Assembly: GCA_963765495.1 (NCBI GenBank)
Contig: CAVXWP010000007.1
Span: forward strand, 768,001 to 832,000
DNA from: Blastocatellia bacterium
GTDB taxonomy: Bacteria; Acidobacteriota; Blastocatellia; UBA7656
DNA length: 64,000 bases
Direction: 5' to 3'
Of the stretch, positions 9,610-19,180 are shown piece after piece. Positions within the stretch are counted from its first letter, which is position 1; the number at the start of each line of letters is the position of its first letter. The position numbers and the translations under genes are program-made. The notes under the pieces were generated by a model. That model was not told the origin of the DNA, did no database searches, and saw only the letters and a list, made by a program, of their open reading frames with translations.

Positions 9610-9716
9610 TGCGCTCGATGATGCGTGATAGGTGATTGGTGACTTTCAGGCGGGTCACCTGTTAAAGGGATATTGCAAGATTGCTAAATCACGCATCACG
9701 CATCATCGAGCGTGTC
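9601..9716. repeat. Heptamer-arm inverted element (TGATGCG family)
   Basis: CGCTCGATGATGCGTGAT ... ATCACGCATCATCGAGCG inverted arms; contains the dnaJ TGA stop. Confidence 0.85.
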
Positions 9717-9737
9717 AACCGGGAGGTAAAAGAACAG

Positions 9738-12338
9738 ATGGATATAAATCGTTTTACTGAGAAGGCACAGGAGGCTGTTCGCTCTGCTCAAACGCTGGCC
9801 ACGAGGTACAGCAATCAGCAGATCGAGGTAGAGCATCTCTTGCTTGCGCTGCTTGAACAACCGGGTGGACTTGTCCCCTCGGTGCTCACAAGAGCGGGCG
9901 TCAATGTAGAGCCTCTCATGCAGGCCATTGAAACCGAAATCAACCGATTCCCAAAGGTCGGCGGGCCGAGCGGGCCTGTGGATCAGGTCTATATTACTGC
10001 CCGGCTGAACAAGACCTTTGTGCGGGCCGAAGATGAGGCCAAAAAACTCACTGACGAATACATAAGCGTAGAGCATTTATTGCTGGCGATCATAGATGAA
10101 GGCGGCCCGGCCTCGCGCGCGCTAAAGACGGCGGGGGCGACACGCGACCGCATAATGAAGGCGCTGGTCGAGGTTCGAGGCCATCAGCGTGTGACCTCGC
10201 AAAACCCCGAGGCGACTTATCAAGCTCTGGAGCGTTACGGACGTGATCTGACAAGAATGGCCGCCAAGGGTAAACTCGACCCCGTAATTGGTCGCGACGA
10301 CGAAATACGGCGCGTCATCCAGGTGCTTTCGCGCCGCACAAAGAATAACCCCGTGCTGATAGGCGAGCCTGGCGTAGGCAAGACCGCTATAGTAGAGGGC
10401 CTTGCGCAACGGATCATTCGCGGCGACGTGCCTGAAAGTCTCAAGGACAAAAAGATAGTGGCGCTCGATATGGGCGCGCTCGTGGCCGGGGCAAAGTATC
10501 GCGGCGAGTTCGAGGAACGACTCAAGGCTGTGCTGAAAGAGATTCAGGAATCCGAAGGCGAGTATCTTCTCTTTATTGATGAGATGCACACCATTGTAGG
10601 CGCAGGGGCGGCCGAAGGCGCTATGGATGCTTCAAACCTGCTGAAGCCCATGCTCGCGCGGGGCGAACTGCATTGCATAGGCGCTACCACGCTCAGTGAA
10701 TATCGCAAGCACGTCGAGAAAGACGCGGCGCTTGAACGCCGTTTCCAGCCCGTGCTGGTCGATCAGCCTACGGTTGAAGACACAATCTCGATTCTCAGAG
10801 GACTGCGCGAACGTTATGAAGTCCATCACGGCGTACGCATAAAAGACGCGGCGCTTGTGGCGGCGGCTGTGCTTTCGAACAGATATATCACGGATCGGTT
10901 TTTGCCCGACAAGGCCATTGACCTTGTCGATGAGGCGGCAGCCAAGCTCCGCACCGAGATTGATTCGATGCCTGCCGAGTTGGATGAGAGCCTGCGCCGC
11001 ATTATGCAGCTTGAGATCGAGCGCGAAGCGCTCAAGAAAGAGACCGATACCGCATCGAAAGAACGTCTGAGCAAGCTCGAAAAAGAGCTTGCCAATCTGA
11101 GGGCCAACGCCGATCAGCTAAAGGCACAATGGCAGGCCGAAAAGGAAGAGGTGCAGAAGGTCCGCGCCATACGCGAAGAGATCGAGCAGACCCGCGTGGC
11201 GATAGAGCAGGCCGAGCGCGAGTATGATCTCAATCGCGCCGCCGAACTCCGTTACGGCAAGCTCAATCAGCTTGAGAAGCAGTTAATTGAGTACGAAGAG
11301 GCTCACGACAAACAGGCGGGTCGCACTCGTCTGCTCAAGGAAGAGGTTGATGAAGAGGACATAGCCGAGGTGGTCAGCCGATGGACGGGTGTGCCCGTGT
11401 CGAAGTTGCTCGAAGGCGAGCTTCAAAAGCTGCTATCGCTCGAAGAGCACCTGCATCGCCGCGTGATCGGACAGGATGAGGCTGTCAGCGCGGTCAGTGA
11501 CGCCGTCATACGCGCCCGTTCGGGACTCAAAGACCCGAATCGCCCGATAGGTTCATTCATCTTTCTGGGGCCTACGGGGGTGGGCAAGACCGAACTTGCG
11601 CGCGCGCTCGCGGAATTTCTTTTCGACGACGAGCACGCGATGATCCGCATAGACATGTCCGAGTATCAGGAGAAGCACACCGTAGCCCGACTGATAGGCG
11701 CGCCTCCGGGATATGTAGGCTATGAGGAAGGCGGGCAATTGACGGAAGCCGTCAGGCGACGTCCCTATTCGGTCCTGCTTTTTGACGAGATAGAAAAAGC
11801 TCACCACGATGTATTCAACGTGCTGCTTCAGATACTCGACGACGGCAGGCTGACGGATGGGCAGGGACGGATCGTGAATTTCAAAAACGCGATCATCATC
11901 ATGACATCGAATATCGGAAGCCACCTGATACTCGATTACAGCGGGCAGATGGAAGGCGAGCGATACGAACAGATGAAGGCGAGCGTGCTCGATGCGCTGC
12001 GTCATCATTTCAGACCCGAGTTCCTCAACCGGGTGGATGAGATCATAGTCTTCCACTCGCTCACGGAAGAAGACCTGAAGCAGATCGTAGAGATTCAGCT
12101 TGCGCGGTTGCGCTCCCGGCTTTCGGAGCGAAGAATAACTCTGGAGTTGAGCGAAGAGGCGAAGGCGCACATCGCACGAGCGGGTTACGATCCCGTTTAT
12201 GGAGCGCGCCCGTTGAAGCGCGCCATTCAGCGCGAGATCGAAACGCCTCTGTCGCGTCTGATACTGAAAGGCGATGTCAAAGACAACTCCGTCATGAAGA
12301 TTGACATGAAGGATGGCGCAGTAACTTTTGAGGGATGA
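9738..12338 (+). CDS. clpB: ATP-dependent disaggregase ClpB
   Basis: Two AAA+ modules ([16 protein letters not shown]), coiled-coil middle domain, [13 protein letters not shown] and [13 protein letters not shown]; start MDINRFT with GGGAGG SD. Confidence 0.97.
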   Translation: MDINRFTEKAQEAVRSAQTLATRYSNQQIEVEHLLLALLEQPGGLVPSVLTRAGVNVEPLMQAIETEINRFPKVGGPSGPVDQVYITARLNKTFVRAEDEAKKLTDEYISVEHLLLAIIDEGGPASRALKTAGATRDRIMKALVEVRGHQRVTSQNPEATYQALERYGRDLTRMAAKGKLDPVIGRDDEIRRVIQVLSRRTKNNPVLIGEPGVGKTAIVEGLAQRIIRGDVPESLKDKKIVALDMGALVAGAKYRGEFEERLKAVLKEIQESEGEYLLFIDEMHTIVGAGAAEGAMDASNLLKPMLARGELHCIGATTLSEYRKHVEKDAALERRFQPVLVDQPTVEDTISILRGLRERYEVHHGVRIKDAALVAAAVLSNRYITDRFLPDKAIDLVDEAAAKLRTEIDSMPAELDESLRRIMQLEIEREALKKETDTASKERLSKLEKELANLRANADQLKAQWQAEKEEVQKVRAIREEIEQTRVAIEQAEREYDLNRAAELRYGKLNQLEKQLIEYEEAHDKQAGRTRLLKEEVDEEDIAEVVSRWTGVPVSKLLEGELQKLLSLEEHLHRRVIGQDEAVSAVSDAVIRARSGLKDPNRPIGSFIFLGPTGVGKTELARALAEFLFDDEHAMIRIDMSEYQEKHTVARLIGAPPGYVGYEEGGQLTEAVRRRPYSVLLFDEIEKAHHDVFNVLLQILDDGRLTDGQGRIVNFKNAIIIMTSNIGSHLILDYSGQMEGERYEQMKASVLDALRHHFRPEFLNRVDEIIVFHSLTEEDLKQIVEIQLARLRSRLSERRITLELSEEAKAHIARAGYDPVYGARPLKRAIQREIETPLSRLILKGDVKDNSVMKIDMKDGAVTFEG

Positions 12339-12496
12339 AATAAGGGATGAGGGATGAGGGATGAAGGATGAAAAGGACTCTGAGGGATTATTCTGATAAA
12401 GAGCATGCTGGTTTTAATCAAGCAATTGCGCAAAACTCTTTTTCATCCCTCATCCCTCATCCCTCATCCCTCCTGAGTCCTTCATCCTTCATCCTT
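12331..12496. repeat. Heptamer-arm inverted element (GGATGAG / CTCATCC family)
   Basis: (GGGATGA)n left arm, (TCATCCC)n right arm; contains the clpB TGA stop. Confidence 0.9.
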
Positions 12497-12700
12497 TCTT
12501 TGGTATGATATTGGCACTGACGTTTGACAAAAGAAAGACGAACGGACGCTTACCTTGATGATGGAGAACCCATCGTGCTTAAAGAGTTCTTCCCAAATGA
12601 GGATGGACCTTTACAACCTGGACGCGCACAGGTCAGATCAATAGACCCGCCGCCCGGACGCAGGCGCTATGCAGGCAAATCTGGCGGGTAATTAAGGAGG

Positions 12701-13849
12701 ATGGGCAAAATAATGATCTCTTACGAAAACATACGCCATTTACAACAATTTCCATCCGGTCCCGATTCTCAGGTGCTCTCTTTATATGTGAATGTGGACC
12801 AGTCAGAGGCGGCCAACCTCAATCGCGGTTTTGAGACGGTGGTTGAAAATCTGTTTCGCCGTATGGGGGAAGATATAACTTCGAGCGGGAGCGACAGACA
12901 TAGACTCGATATCGAGTGCAAGCGTGTGCTTGAATTTCTCAAAGACTACACGCCGAAAGGAGTGGGACTGGTCGTATTCAGCGACTCGAAACACGATTTA
13001 TGGTGGCAGAGGGATTTGCAGGTAAATGTGGAGACCGAAGGCCGATGGTCTCCGCAGCCCTGGGTCAGGCCCCTGCTCGAGCTTCTGGAAGATCACGATC
13101 ATTTCGGCGTCGTGCTGATCGACAAACAGCACGCGAAGATTCTCACGGTTGACGCGACCGGAATCAATCAGCACGCCGATATACAGTCGGATGTGCCGAA
13201 TAAACACGCGACCACGGGCACTGATCATATCTGGTCGCAAACTCAGATGGACCGCGACCACACCAAACACATCAAGTGGTACGCGAAGCGCGTGGCCGAT
13301 GAGCTTGCCGCCGTAGTTGACGGCAATAAAATCACTCGTTTGGTCATAGGCGGTCCCGTCGAGGCGACTACGATATTCACGGGTGAGTTGCCCCGGCGGT
13401 TTCAGCAGATGATCATAGATACGATCTCGATTCCAATCGATGCCGGACACGAACGTCTTTCAAACGAATTACGAGCCATTCAGGAGAGGGCCGAACACGC
13501 CGATGAGTTCAAGCTGGTCGAATCCATGATCACGTCGGCTCATAAGGGCGACCGCGCGGTGCTTGGAATCTCAGAGACTCTTTCGTCCATCCAGGAGGGA
13601 AGAGTTCATGTAATGGTAGTCGCCAGAGAGTATCACGCGCAGGGCAAAGAGTGTGATAACTGTCGCGTGCTTACGGCAGACGGATTGGAGAAATGCTCTT
13701 TTTGCGGTGGAAAACTCGAACCGGCTCCCGACCTAATCAACCGGGCGTCTCACAAAGTATTAGATCAAGGTGGAAGGGTGCAGATTGTTTCAGGCGCGGC
13801 TGCCGACAGGCTCTCAGAGGCTGGCGTCGGCGCCGTGTTAAGATTCTAA
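12701..13849 (+). CDS. Bacterial archaeo-eukaryotic release factor 1-like protein (baeRF1/VLRF1-like, eRF1 domains 2-3, Zn ribbon)
   Basis: VLSLY N-terminus, RPLLELL...GVVLID core, VPNKH...WSQ loop where aRF1 has VPGKH.KGGQS, eRF1-domain-3 tail (AVLG...EGRV...CDNC...CSFC...GVGAVLRF). Start may be ATG 12713. Confidence 0.8.
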   Translation: MGKIMISYENIRHLQQFPSGPDSQVLSLYVNVDQSEAANLNRGFETVVENLFRRMGEDITSSGSDRHRLDIECKRVLEFLKDYTPKGVGLVVFSDSKHDLWWQRDLQVNVETEGRWSPQPWVRPLLELLEDHDHFGVVLIDKQHAKILTVDATGINQHADIQSDVPNKHATTGTDHIWSQTQMDRDHTKHIKWYAKRVADELAAVVDGNKITRLVIGGPVEATTIFTGELPRRFQQMIIDTISIPIDAGHERLSNELRAIQERAEHADEFKLVESMITSAHKGDRAVLGISETLSSIQEGRVHVMVVAREYHAQGKECDNCRVLTADGLEKCSFCGGKLEPAPDLINRASHKVLDQGGRVQIVSGAAADRLSEAGVGAVLRF

Positions 13850-13853
13850 TTTA

Positions 13854-13916
13854 GGGGCCGGGGGTCGGGGGCCAGTTGCGAAATCAATCGCTCACCGGCC
13901 CCCGGCCCCCGGCCCC
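13854..13916. repeat. Heptamer-arm inverted element (GGGGCCR family), short
   Basis: GGGGCCG-GGGGTCG-GGGGCCA ... CCGGCCC-CCGGCCC-CCGGCCCC. Confidence 0.85.
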
Positions 13917-13926
13917 AGGAGAAAAT

Positions 13927-14553
13927 ATGGCATTGATACCGACGGTTGTTGAGACCTCTAACAGGGGCGAGCGGCATTACGACATTTACTCGAAGTTGCT
14001 TAGAGACCACATAATCTTTATCGGCACTCCGATCACCGAAGTCGTTGCCAACATCATCGTGGCCGAATTGCTCTTTCTTGAATCGGAAGACCCTGACCGC
14101 GACATATCGCTTTACATAAACAGCCCCGGAGGCTCGATAACGGCGGGTCTTGCTGTCTATGACACCATGCGATTTATCAGGCCCGACATCATGACGATCT
14201 GCATGGGGCAAGCCGCGTCTATGGCGGCCGTATTGCTTGCGTCGGGGACGAAGGGGAAGCGCTTTTCGCTGCCTCATTCGAGAATTCTCATACACCAGCC
14301 CTCTATGGAGGGGCTTGCCGGACAGGCGACTGACATCAATATCTATGCCGAAGAGATATTGCGAATGAGGAATCTGCTGTCACAGGTAATGGCCGATTCC
14401 ACCGGCCAGCCGTTCGAAAAGATTGACCGTGATGTGGAGCGCGATTTCATATTAAGCCCAACGGAGGCCGTCGAGTACGGTCTCATTGACACCGTGCTCT
14501 CGAAACGCGATCTCGACAAGGGCACGGAAATGGGAGCAGGAGCAAATGGATAA
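13927..14553 (+). CDS. clpP: ATP-dependent Clp protease proteolytic subunit
   Basis: IPTVVE...[16 protein letters not shown], catalytic Ser (GQAASM), His (IHQP), Asp (ERDF); AGGAG SD before ATG 13927. Confidence 0.95.
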   Translation: MALIPTVVETSNRGERHYDIYSKLLRDHIIFIGTPITEVVANIIVAELLFLESEDPDRDISLYINSPGGSITAGLAVYDTMRFIRPDIMTICMGQAASMAAVLLASGTKGKRFSLPHSRILIHQPSMEGLAGQATDINIYAEEILRMRNLLSQVMADSTGQPFEKIDRDVERDFILSPTEAVEYGLIDTVLSKRDLDKGTEMGAGANG

Positions 14554-14921
14554 TGGCAAGAAGTAGAAAGATATTTATCGAGCGACTCAGCAACGAGGTG
14601 TCTTATCGCCGCCCGAGCGGTCCGCTATGGCAGCCTGCCGCCGACATCTATCGATCCCCCGAAGGCTGGAAGATCAAATTCGATCTCGCGGGAGTCAAAC
14701 CCGAAGATGTGCAGGTGCTCATAGCAAATGACAACACGCTCATAGTGCGAGGCGTCAGGCGCGATTCGATAATGACGGAAGGTTGGAGCTATCATCAACT
14801 CGAAATCACCTACAGCCGGTTTGAGCGAGTCTTTAAGATACCCTGTGATCTTCCGCAGGCTGAGATACGAAACGAGTGCAGGGACGGCTGGTTTCTTCTG
14901 CACATTGATTGCAAAGGCTAG
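14553..14921 (+). CDS. Hsp20/alpha-crystallin small heat-shock protein
   Basis: WQPAADIY...DLAGVKPEDV...LIVRGVR...QLEITYSRFER...DGWF; ATG overlaps the clpP TAA (TAATG). Confidence 0.88.
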   Translation: MARSRKIFIERLSNEVSYRRPSGPLWQPAADIYRSPEGWKIKFDLAGVKPEDVQVLIANDNTLIVRGVRRDSIMTEGWSYHQLEITYSRFERVFKIPCDLPQAEIRNECRDGWFLLHIDCKG

Positions 14922-14975
14922 ACTTCAAACATGTCTCTTTTGGCCGATCAAGTCTGAGACCAGGGGAATACAAGG

Positions 14976-17381
14976 ATGACAGAGAATAAAACGTTGGAAT
15001 TACCGATATTACCGCTACGCAATACAGTGATATTTCCGTCCGGCATATCTCCACTGACCGTCGGACGACCGTTGTCGCTTGCCGCGGCCGAGGCGGCGCT
15101 CAATACGGAGGAGAAACTGCTCGGAGTGGTTGCGCAACGCGAGGATGGAGACGGAGAGCTTTCGCCGGCCAATCTTTATAAGATAGGCACGCTCGTTGTC
15201 ATAAACCGCATGATGCGCTCGCCGGGCGCTGAGAACGTCCTGCATCTGATCGTTCAGGGGCAGGAGCGCATACGAATAATAGGCTTTATCGAACAGGACC
15301 CTTACCTCAAGGCCACGGTCGAGATAATGCCGGAAGTGACCCGCGAAGAATCGCCCGAAGTCGAGGCGCTCCGCCGCAATATCAACGCGCTTGTGCAGAA
15401 GGCGCTCACGCTCCTGCCAAACGTGCCAAACGAGATAAGAAGCATAATTCTCGGGGCCGACGATTCGGTGCGGCTCTCCTATTTTCTGGCCTCGGTGCTT
15501 GAGCTTGAAACCGAGCAGGAGCAGGCCTTGCTCGAAGCCTCCACGGAGGGCGATTTGCTGCGGCTCATGCACACATACCTTGCCCGTGAAGTCGAGGTGC
15601 TCGATATTCGCAGCAAGATCGCCAATCAGGCGCAGGAAGAACTGGGCAAGACTCAGCGCGATTATATCCTGCGCGAGCAGATGAAGCAGATTCAAAAAGA
15701 GCTTGGCGAAACCGAACCCGAGCAGGCCGAAGCGGCCCTGATGCGCGAGCGCATAGAGAAGGCCGACCTGCCGGAAGACGTGCGCACCGAGGCCGAACGC
15801 GAATTGCGCAGGCTCGAACGCCTGCCCGCCGCCGCGCCAGATTATCACGTCATAAGAACCTATCTGGAATGGATACTCGATCTGCCGTGGAATGTGTCTA
15901 CCGAAGACACCCTCGATCTGAACCGCGCCCGCGAGGTGCTCGATGAAGACCACTATGATCTTGACGACATCAAGGAGCGGATACTCGAACACCTCGCCGT
16001 GATAAAACTCAACCCCGCGACAAAAGCACCGATCCTTTGTTTCGTAGGCCCGCCGGGCGTCGGCAAAACGAGTCTGGGGCAATCCGTTGCGCGATCTATG
16101 GGGCGCAAATTCGAACGCATGTCGCTTGGCGGCGTGCGCGACGAGGCCGAACTTCGCGGACATCGCCGGACTTACATCGGCGCTCTGCCCGGACGCATAG
16201 TTCAGGCGCTCAGGCGCGCGGGCGTCAACAACCCTGTGATGATGCTCGATGAAGTTGACAAGCTGGGAATGGATTTTCGTGGCGATCCCTCTTCGGCATT
16301 GCTTGAGATTCTGGACCCGGCTCAGAACTTCTCGTTCCGCGATCATTACCTCGACCTGCCGTTCGATCTGTCAAAGGTCTTCTTTATAGCGACGGCAAAC
16401 TCGCTGGCCCCGATACCTCCGGCCCTGCGCGACCGCATGGAGATCATAGGGCTTTCCGGCTACAGCGAAGAAGAGAAGCTTCACATCGCAAAGCGGTATC
16501 TGGTTCCGCGCCAGATAAAAGAATCTGGTCTCGGCGAAGAACAGCTTCACATCACCGATGAGGCGCTTCAGGCGCTGATCGCCCGTTACACTCGCGAGGC
16601 GGGCGTGCGGCAACTGGAGCGCACCGTTGGCCGTCTTGCCCGCAAGATCGCGCTCAAGGTCGCGCAGGAGAAGGGAGATGTGTTTACCATCACGCCTGAT
16701 GATCTTGAAGAGTATCTGGGGCACGAGAAGTTCTTCCACGAGATGGCGCGAGACATATTGCCGCCGGGCGTGGCTACCGGGCTTGCCGTGACCGATATGG
16801 GCGGCGAGGTGCTCTTTATCGAAGCCACGTTGCTGCCCGGCGCAAAGGGTCTGACGCTCACCGGGCAACTGGGCGAAGTGATGCAGGAATCGGCTAGAGC
16901 GGCTCACGCTTATCTCTGGTCGCACTCGAAAGAGCTTGGGTTCGACTGCATGCAATTTGACAAGAACGGCGTGCATCTGCACGTCCCGGCGGGCGCTATC
17001 CCGAAGGATGGTCCATCGGCAGGCGTAGCGATAGTCTCTGCGCTAGCCTCATTGTGCACGGGCCGCCCTGTCAGAAGCGATACGGCAATGACGGGCGAAA
17101 TCACTCTGAGCGGGCTGGTCTTTCCCGTAGGCGGAATCAAGGGCAAGGTGCTTGCCGCTCGCCGTGCAGGCATAAAACGTGTGATCCTGCCCAAGCGAAA
17201 CGAGCACGATCTGAAGGACATTCCCGAAGAGACCCTGCGCGACCTTGAGATACACTTCGTCGAGCGCATAAGTGATCTGTTGAAATTGACTCTCACCGAT
17301 GAAACACAGATGCCGAATCTGGTGAGCGGCGTGGAAGAGCCGGTTCCCGCCGGGAGCGAAGTCAGCTTCGACAGCCAATAA
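14976..17381 (+). CDS. lon: ATP-dependent Lon protease
   Basis: LPILPLRNTVIFP N-domain, GPPGVGKTS, RGHRRTYIGALPG, PKDGPSAG catalytic Ser and downstream Lys. Confidence 0.97.
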   Translation: MTENKTLELPILPLRNTVIFPSGISPLTVGRPLSLAAAEAALNTEEKLLGVVAQREDGDGELSPANLYKIGTLVVINRMMRSPGAENVLHLIVQGQERIRIIGFIEQDPYLKATVEIMPEVTREESPEVEALRRNINALVQKALTLLPNVPNEIRSIILGADDSVRLSYFLASVLELETEQEQALLEASTEGDLLRLMHTYLAREVEVLDIRSKIANQAQEELGKTQRDYILREQMKQIQKELGETEPEQAEAALMRERIEKADLPEDVRTEAERELRRLERLPAAAPDYHVIRTYLEWILDLPWNVSTEDTLDLNRAREVLDEDHYDLDDIKERILEHLAVIKLNPATKAPILCFVGPPGVGKTSLGQSVARSMGRKFERMSLGGVRDEAELRGHRRTYIGALPGRIVQALRRAGVNNPVMMLDEVDKLGMDFRGDPSSALLEILDPAQNFSFRDHYLDLPFDLSKVFFIATANSLAPIPPALRDRMEIIGLSGYSEEEKLHIAKRYLVPRQIKESGLGEEQLHITDEALQALIARYTREAGVRQLERTVGRLARKIALKVAQEKGDVFTITPDDLEEYLGHEKFFHEMARDILPPGVATGLAVTDMGGEVLFIEATLLPGAKGLTLTGQLGEVMQESARAAHAYLWSHSKELGFDCMQFDKNGVHLHVPAGAIPKDGPSAGVAIVSALASLCTGRPVRSDTAMTGEITLSGLVFPVGGIKGKVLAARRAGIKRVILPKRNEHDLKDIPEETLRDLEIHFVERISDLLKLTLTDETQMPNLVSGVEEPVPAGSEVSFDSQ

Positions 17382-17404
17382 ACTTTGGGCAAGCTTTGAT
17401 TGAT

Positions 17405-17434
17405 TGTAGGGCAGCCCTTGTGGCTGCCCTTACA
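17405..17434. terminator. GTAG-type REP-like palindrome / bidirectional terminator
   Basis: TGTAGGGCAGCC-CTTGT-GGCTGCCCTTACA between convergent lon and the phosphatase gene. Confidence 0.65.
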
Positions 17435-17444
17435 TTTGTATTGC

Positions 17445-19055
17445 TTATTCGACTGAAATGACTATGAGCGTGGCATCATCCTGGAAATGGCCGTCGCTGA
17501 AATCGGCGACGGCTGTCAGGATTTTATCTTGAAGCTCGGAGGCGCAAAGCTCTCTGTTTTTCAGGAGCAGGCTGATCAACCGATCCTCTCCAAACTCCTC
17601 ATCCTTTGAATTGATGGCCTCGGTCACGCCATCCGTATAAAGCATTATTCTGTCGCCTGAGCCCAGCTTTACTTCGGCCTGCTCATAAGTCCAGCCCGGC
17701 AGCGGCCCGAGCAGCGCGCCTCCCTCTTCAAGCCTCACGATTGACCCGTCGCGGCGAACCAGAATCGGCGCGTTGTGACCGGCATTTGTGTATACAAGCG
17801 ATCCCGCTTCGGAATCGAGCAGCGAATAAAAGAGAGTGATGAATCTATCCGAAGCCGTGTTGCTGCAAATGATTCGATTGACCTTTTCGCAAAGCTCGCG
17901 AGGCGCGGCCTCTGCCGATGCAAATGCCTTTACAGCGGCCTGTACGTTCGACATAAGCAGGGCAGCGGGCATGCCTTTGCCCGATACGTCTGCGACGGCA
18001 AGCGCCGCCTTTGTCTCGTTAAATTTCAGCACGTCATAATAATCTCCGCTCACGGAGCGCGCCGGAAGCCAGGAGCCCGAAATCTCGTATCCCCGGATTT
18101 GCGGAATGGTTCTGGGCAGCAACCCCTGCTGAATCTGACGGGCCTCTTGAAATTCCTGATCCTGTCCGCGCAATCGCAGGTTATCCATGCTGATGCCCAG
18201 CGCATCGCCTATCGCGGCCAGAAACTTCATGTCCTCTTCATCAAACGGTTCGTCGGTGATCTTGCTTCCCAGACTGATAAAGCCGAGCAACTCGCCTTTG
18301 AGCCTTATCGGAACAAGCATCTCGGCCAGGGCCCGCCGAAGCTTGTTCCTTTCATCTTCCGACAGATCGACCTCGCGCGCGTCAAAGATCGTCTCCATAT
18401 GTTTGAGCAGCAGGCACTCGGACGCGAATTTCAACCTGCCTACGATCTCGTCGGATAGCCCGACCGTTGAGGCGGCCTCGAATGCCTCGTTTGCGGTTGT
18501 GCGCGTAAAGACCACGACCGCGCGGCTTTGCAAGGCGCGCTGGATGTGCTCGGCAGCCATCTTGATCAGAACCTGTTGATCGGTGATTTCAAGCATCTCG
18601 CTTGAGAGCATCTTGCGCTCGGCCCTCAATCGCTGGCCCTTGCGCAGGGTCAGACCCTGTTCGATGTGCGTGCGTAGAATATTCAGGAGTCGAGCATTCT
18701 CCCACGGCTTTTGCACAAAGTCGCGCACGCCACGGCGCATAGCCTCTACGGCGAGATCAATCGTTCCCCACGCCGTCATGACTACTATGGGAAGAGAACT
18801 GTCGAGCGCCTGCACGCGGGAGAGCAGATCAAGCCCTTCCTGCCCCGATGTCGTATCGCGGGCATAATTTAGGTCCATAAGCAAAATATCGAAATGCCGC
18901 TCTTTCAACGCTTCAAGCACAGCCGAAGGCGAGGTTACGGTCTCGGTTTGAAACCCCTCGGATTTCAGCAGCAGATGAAGCGCCGCCAGCACATCCGGCT
19001 GGTCGTCGGCTATCAGTGTCCTCGGTCTAAAGAATTCGGTGCTGTTTACTGCCAT
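17445..19055 (-). CDS. Response regulator-GAF-SpoIIE/PP2C phosphatase (RsbU-like)
   Basis: REC (LIADDQ, LLMDLNY, QKPW), GAF-like middle, PP2C motifs (SGDYYD, ADVSGKG, NAGH, YTDGVTE, DDATL). Confidence 0.9.
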   Translation of the reverse strand: MAVNSTEFFRPRTLIADDQPDVLAALHLLLKSEGFQTETVTSPSAVLEALKERHFDILLMDLNYARDTTSGQEGLDLLSRVQALDSSLPIVVMTAWGTIDLAVEAMRRGVRDFVQKPWENARLLNILRTHIEQGLTLRKGQRLRAERKMLSSEMLEITDQQVLIKMAAEHIQRALQSRAVVVFTRTTANEAFEAASTVGLSDEIVGRLKFASECLLLKHMETIFDAREVDLSEDERNKLRRALAEMLVPIRLKGELLGFISLGSKITDEPFDEEDMKFLAAIGDALGISMDNLRLRGQDQEFQEARQIQQGLLPRTIPQIRGYEISGSWLPARSVSGDYYDVLKFNETKAALAVADVSGKGMPAALLMSNVQAAVKAFASAEAAPRELCEKVNRIICSNTASDRFITLFYSLLDSEAGSLVYTNAGHNAPILVRRDGSIVRLEEGGALLGPLPGWTYEQAEVKLGSGDRIMLYTDGVTEAINSKDEEFGEDRLISLLLKNRELCASELQDKILTAVADFSDGHFQDDATLIVISVE

Positions 19056-19074
19056 AGATTTGTTTCGCTTATCA

Positions 19075-19179
19075 GTGATGCGTGGTTCGTGATGCGTGAT
19101 CCGTGACTCTAATGCAATTAGCTGTTTACAGGTTCATCACTCGCCTCATAAATCACGCATCACGATTTACGCATCACGA
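19075..19179. repeat. Heptamer-arm inverted element (TGATGCG family)
   Basis: GTGATGC-GTGGTTC-GTGATGC-GTGATCC ... TCACGCA-TCACGAT-TTACGCA-TCACGAA. Confidence 0.85.
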
Positions 19180-19180
19180 A

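Noticed and set aside
9681-9737. N-terminal extensions from the ORF track on clpB, clpP (13876), carboxylase alpha (24467), ADOP (30456) and SSS (59955)
   Set aside because: They translate the stop-free strand of heptamer arms (HASRI, PRPPAPG, TQNSKL); family-typical starts lie downstream.
12501-12516. Sigma-54-like TGGTAT-N5-TGGCA upstream of the eRF1-like gene
   Set aside because: GG-N10-GC spacing holds but both boxes deviate; too weak to call.
15015-16346. 443-aa antisense ORF inside lon (similarly 48392-50179, 21721-22641, 22863-23672, 56510-57289)
   Set aside because: Shadow ORFs opposite well-supported genes in GC-rich DNA; no recognisable motifs.
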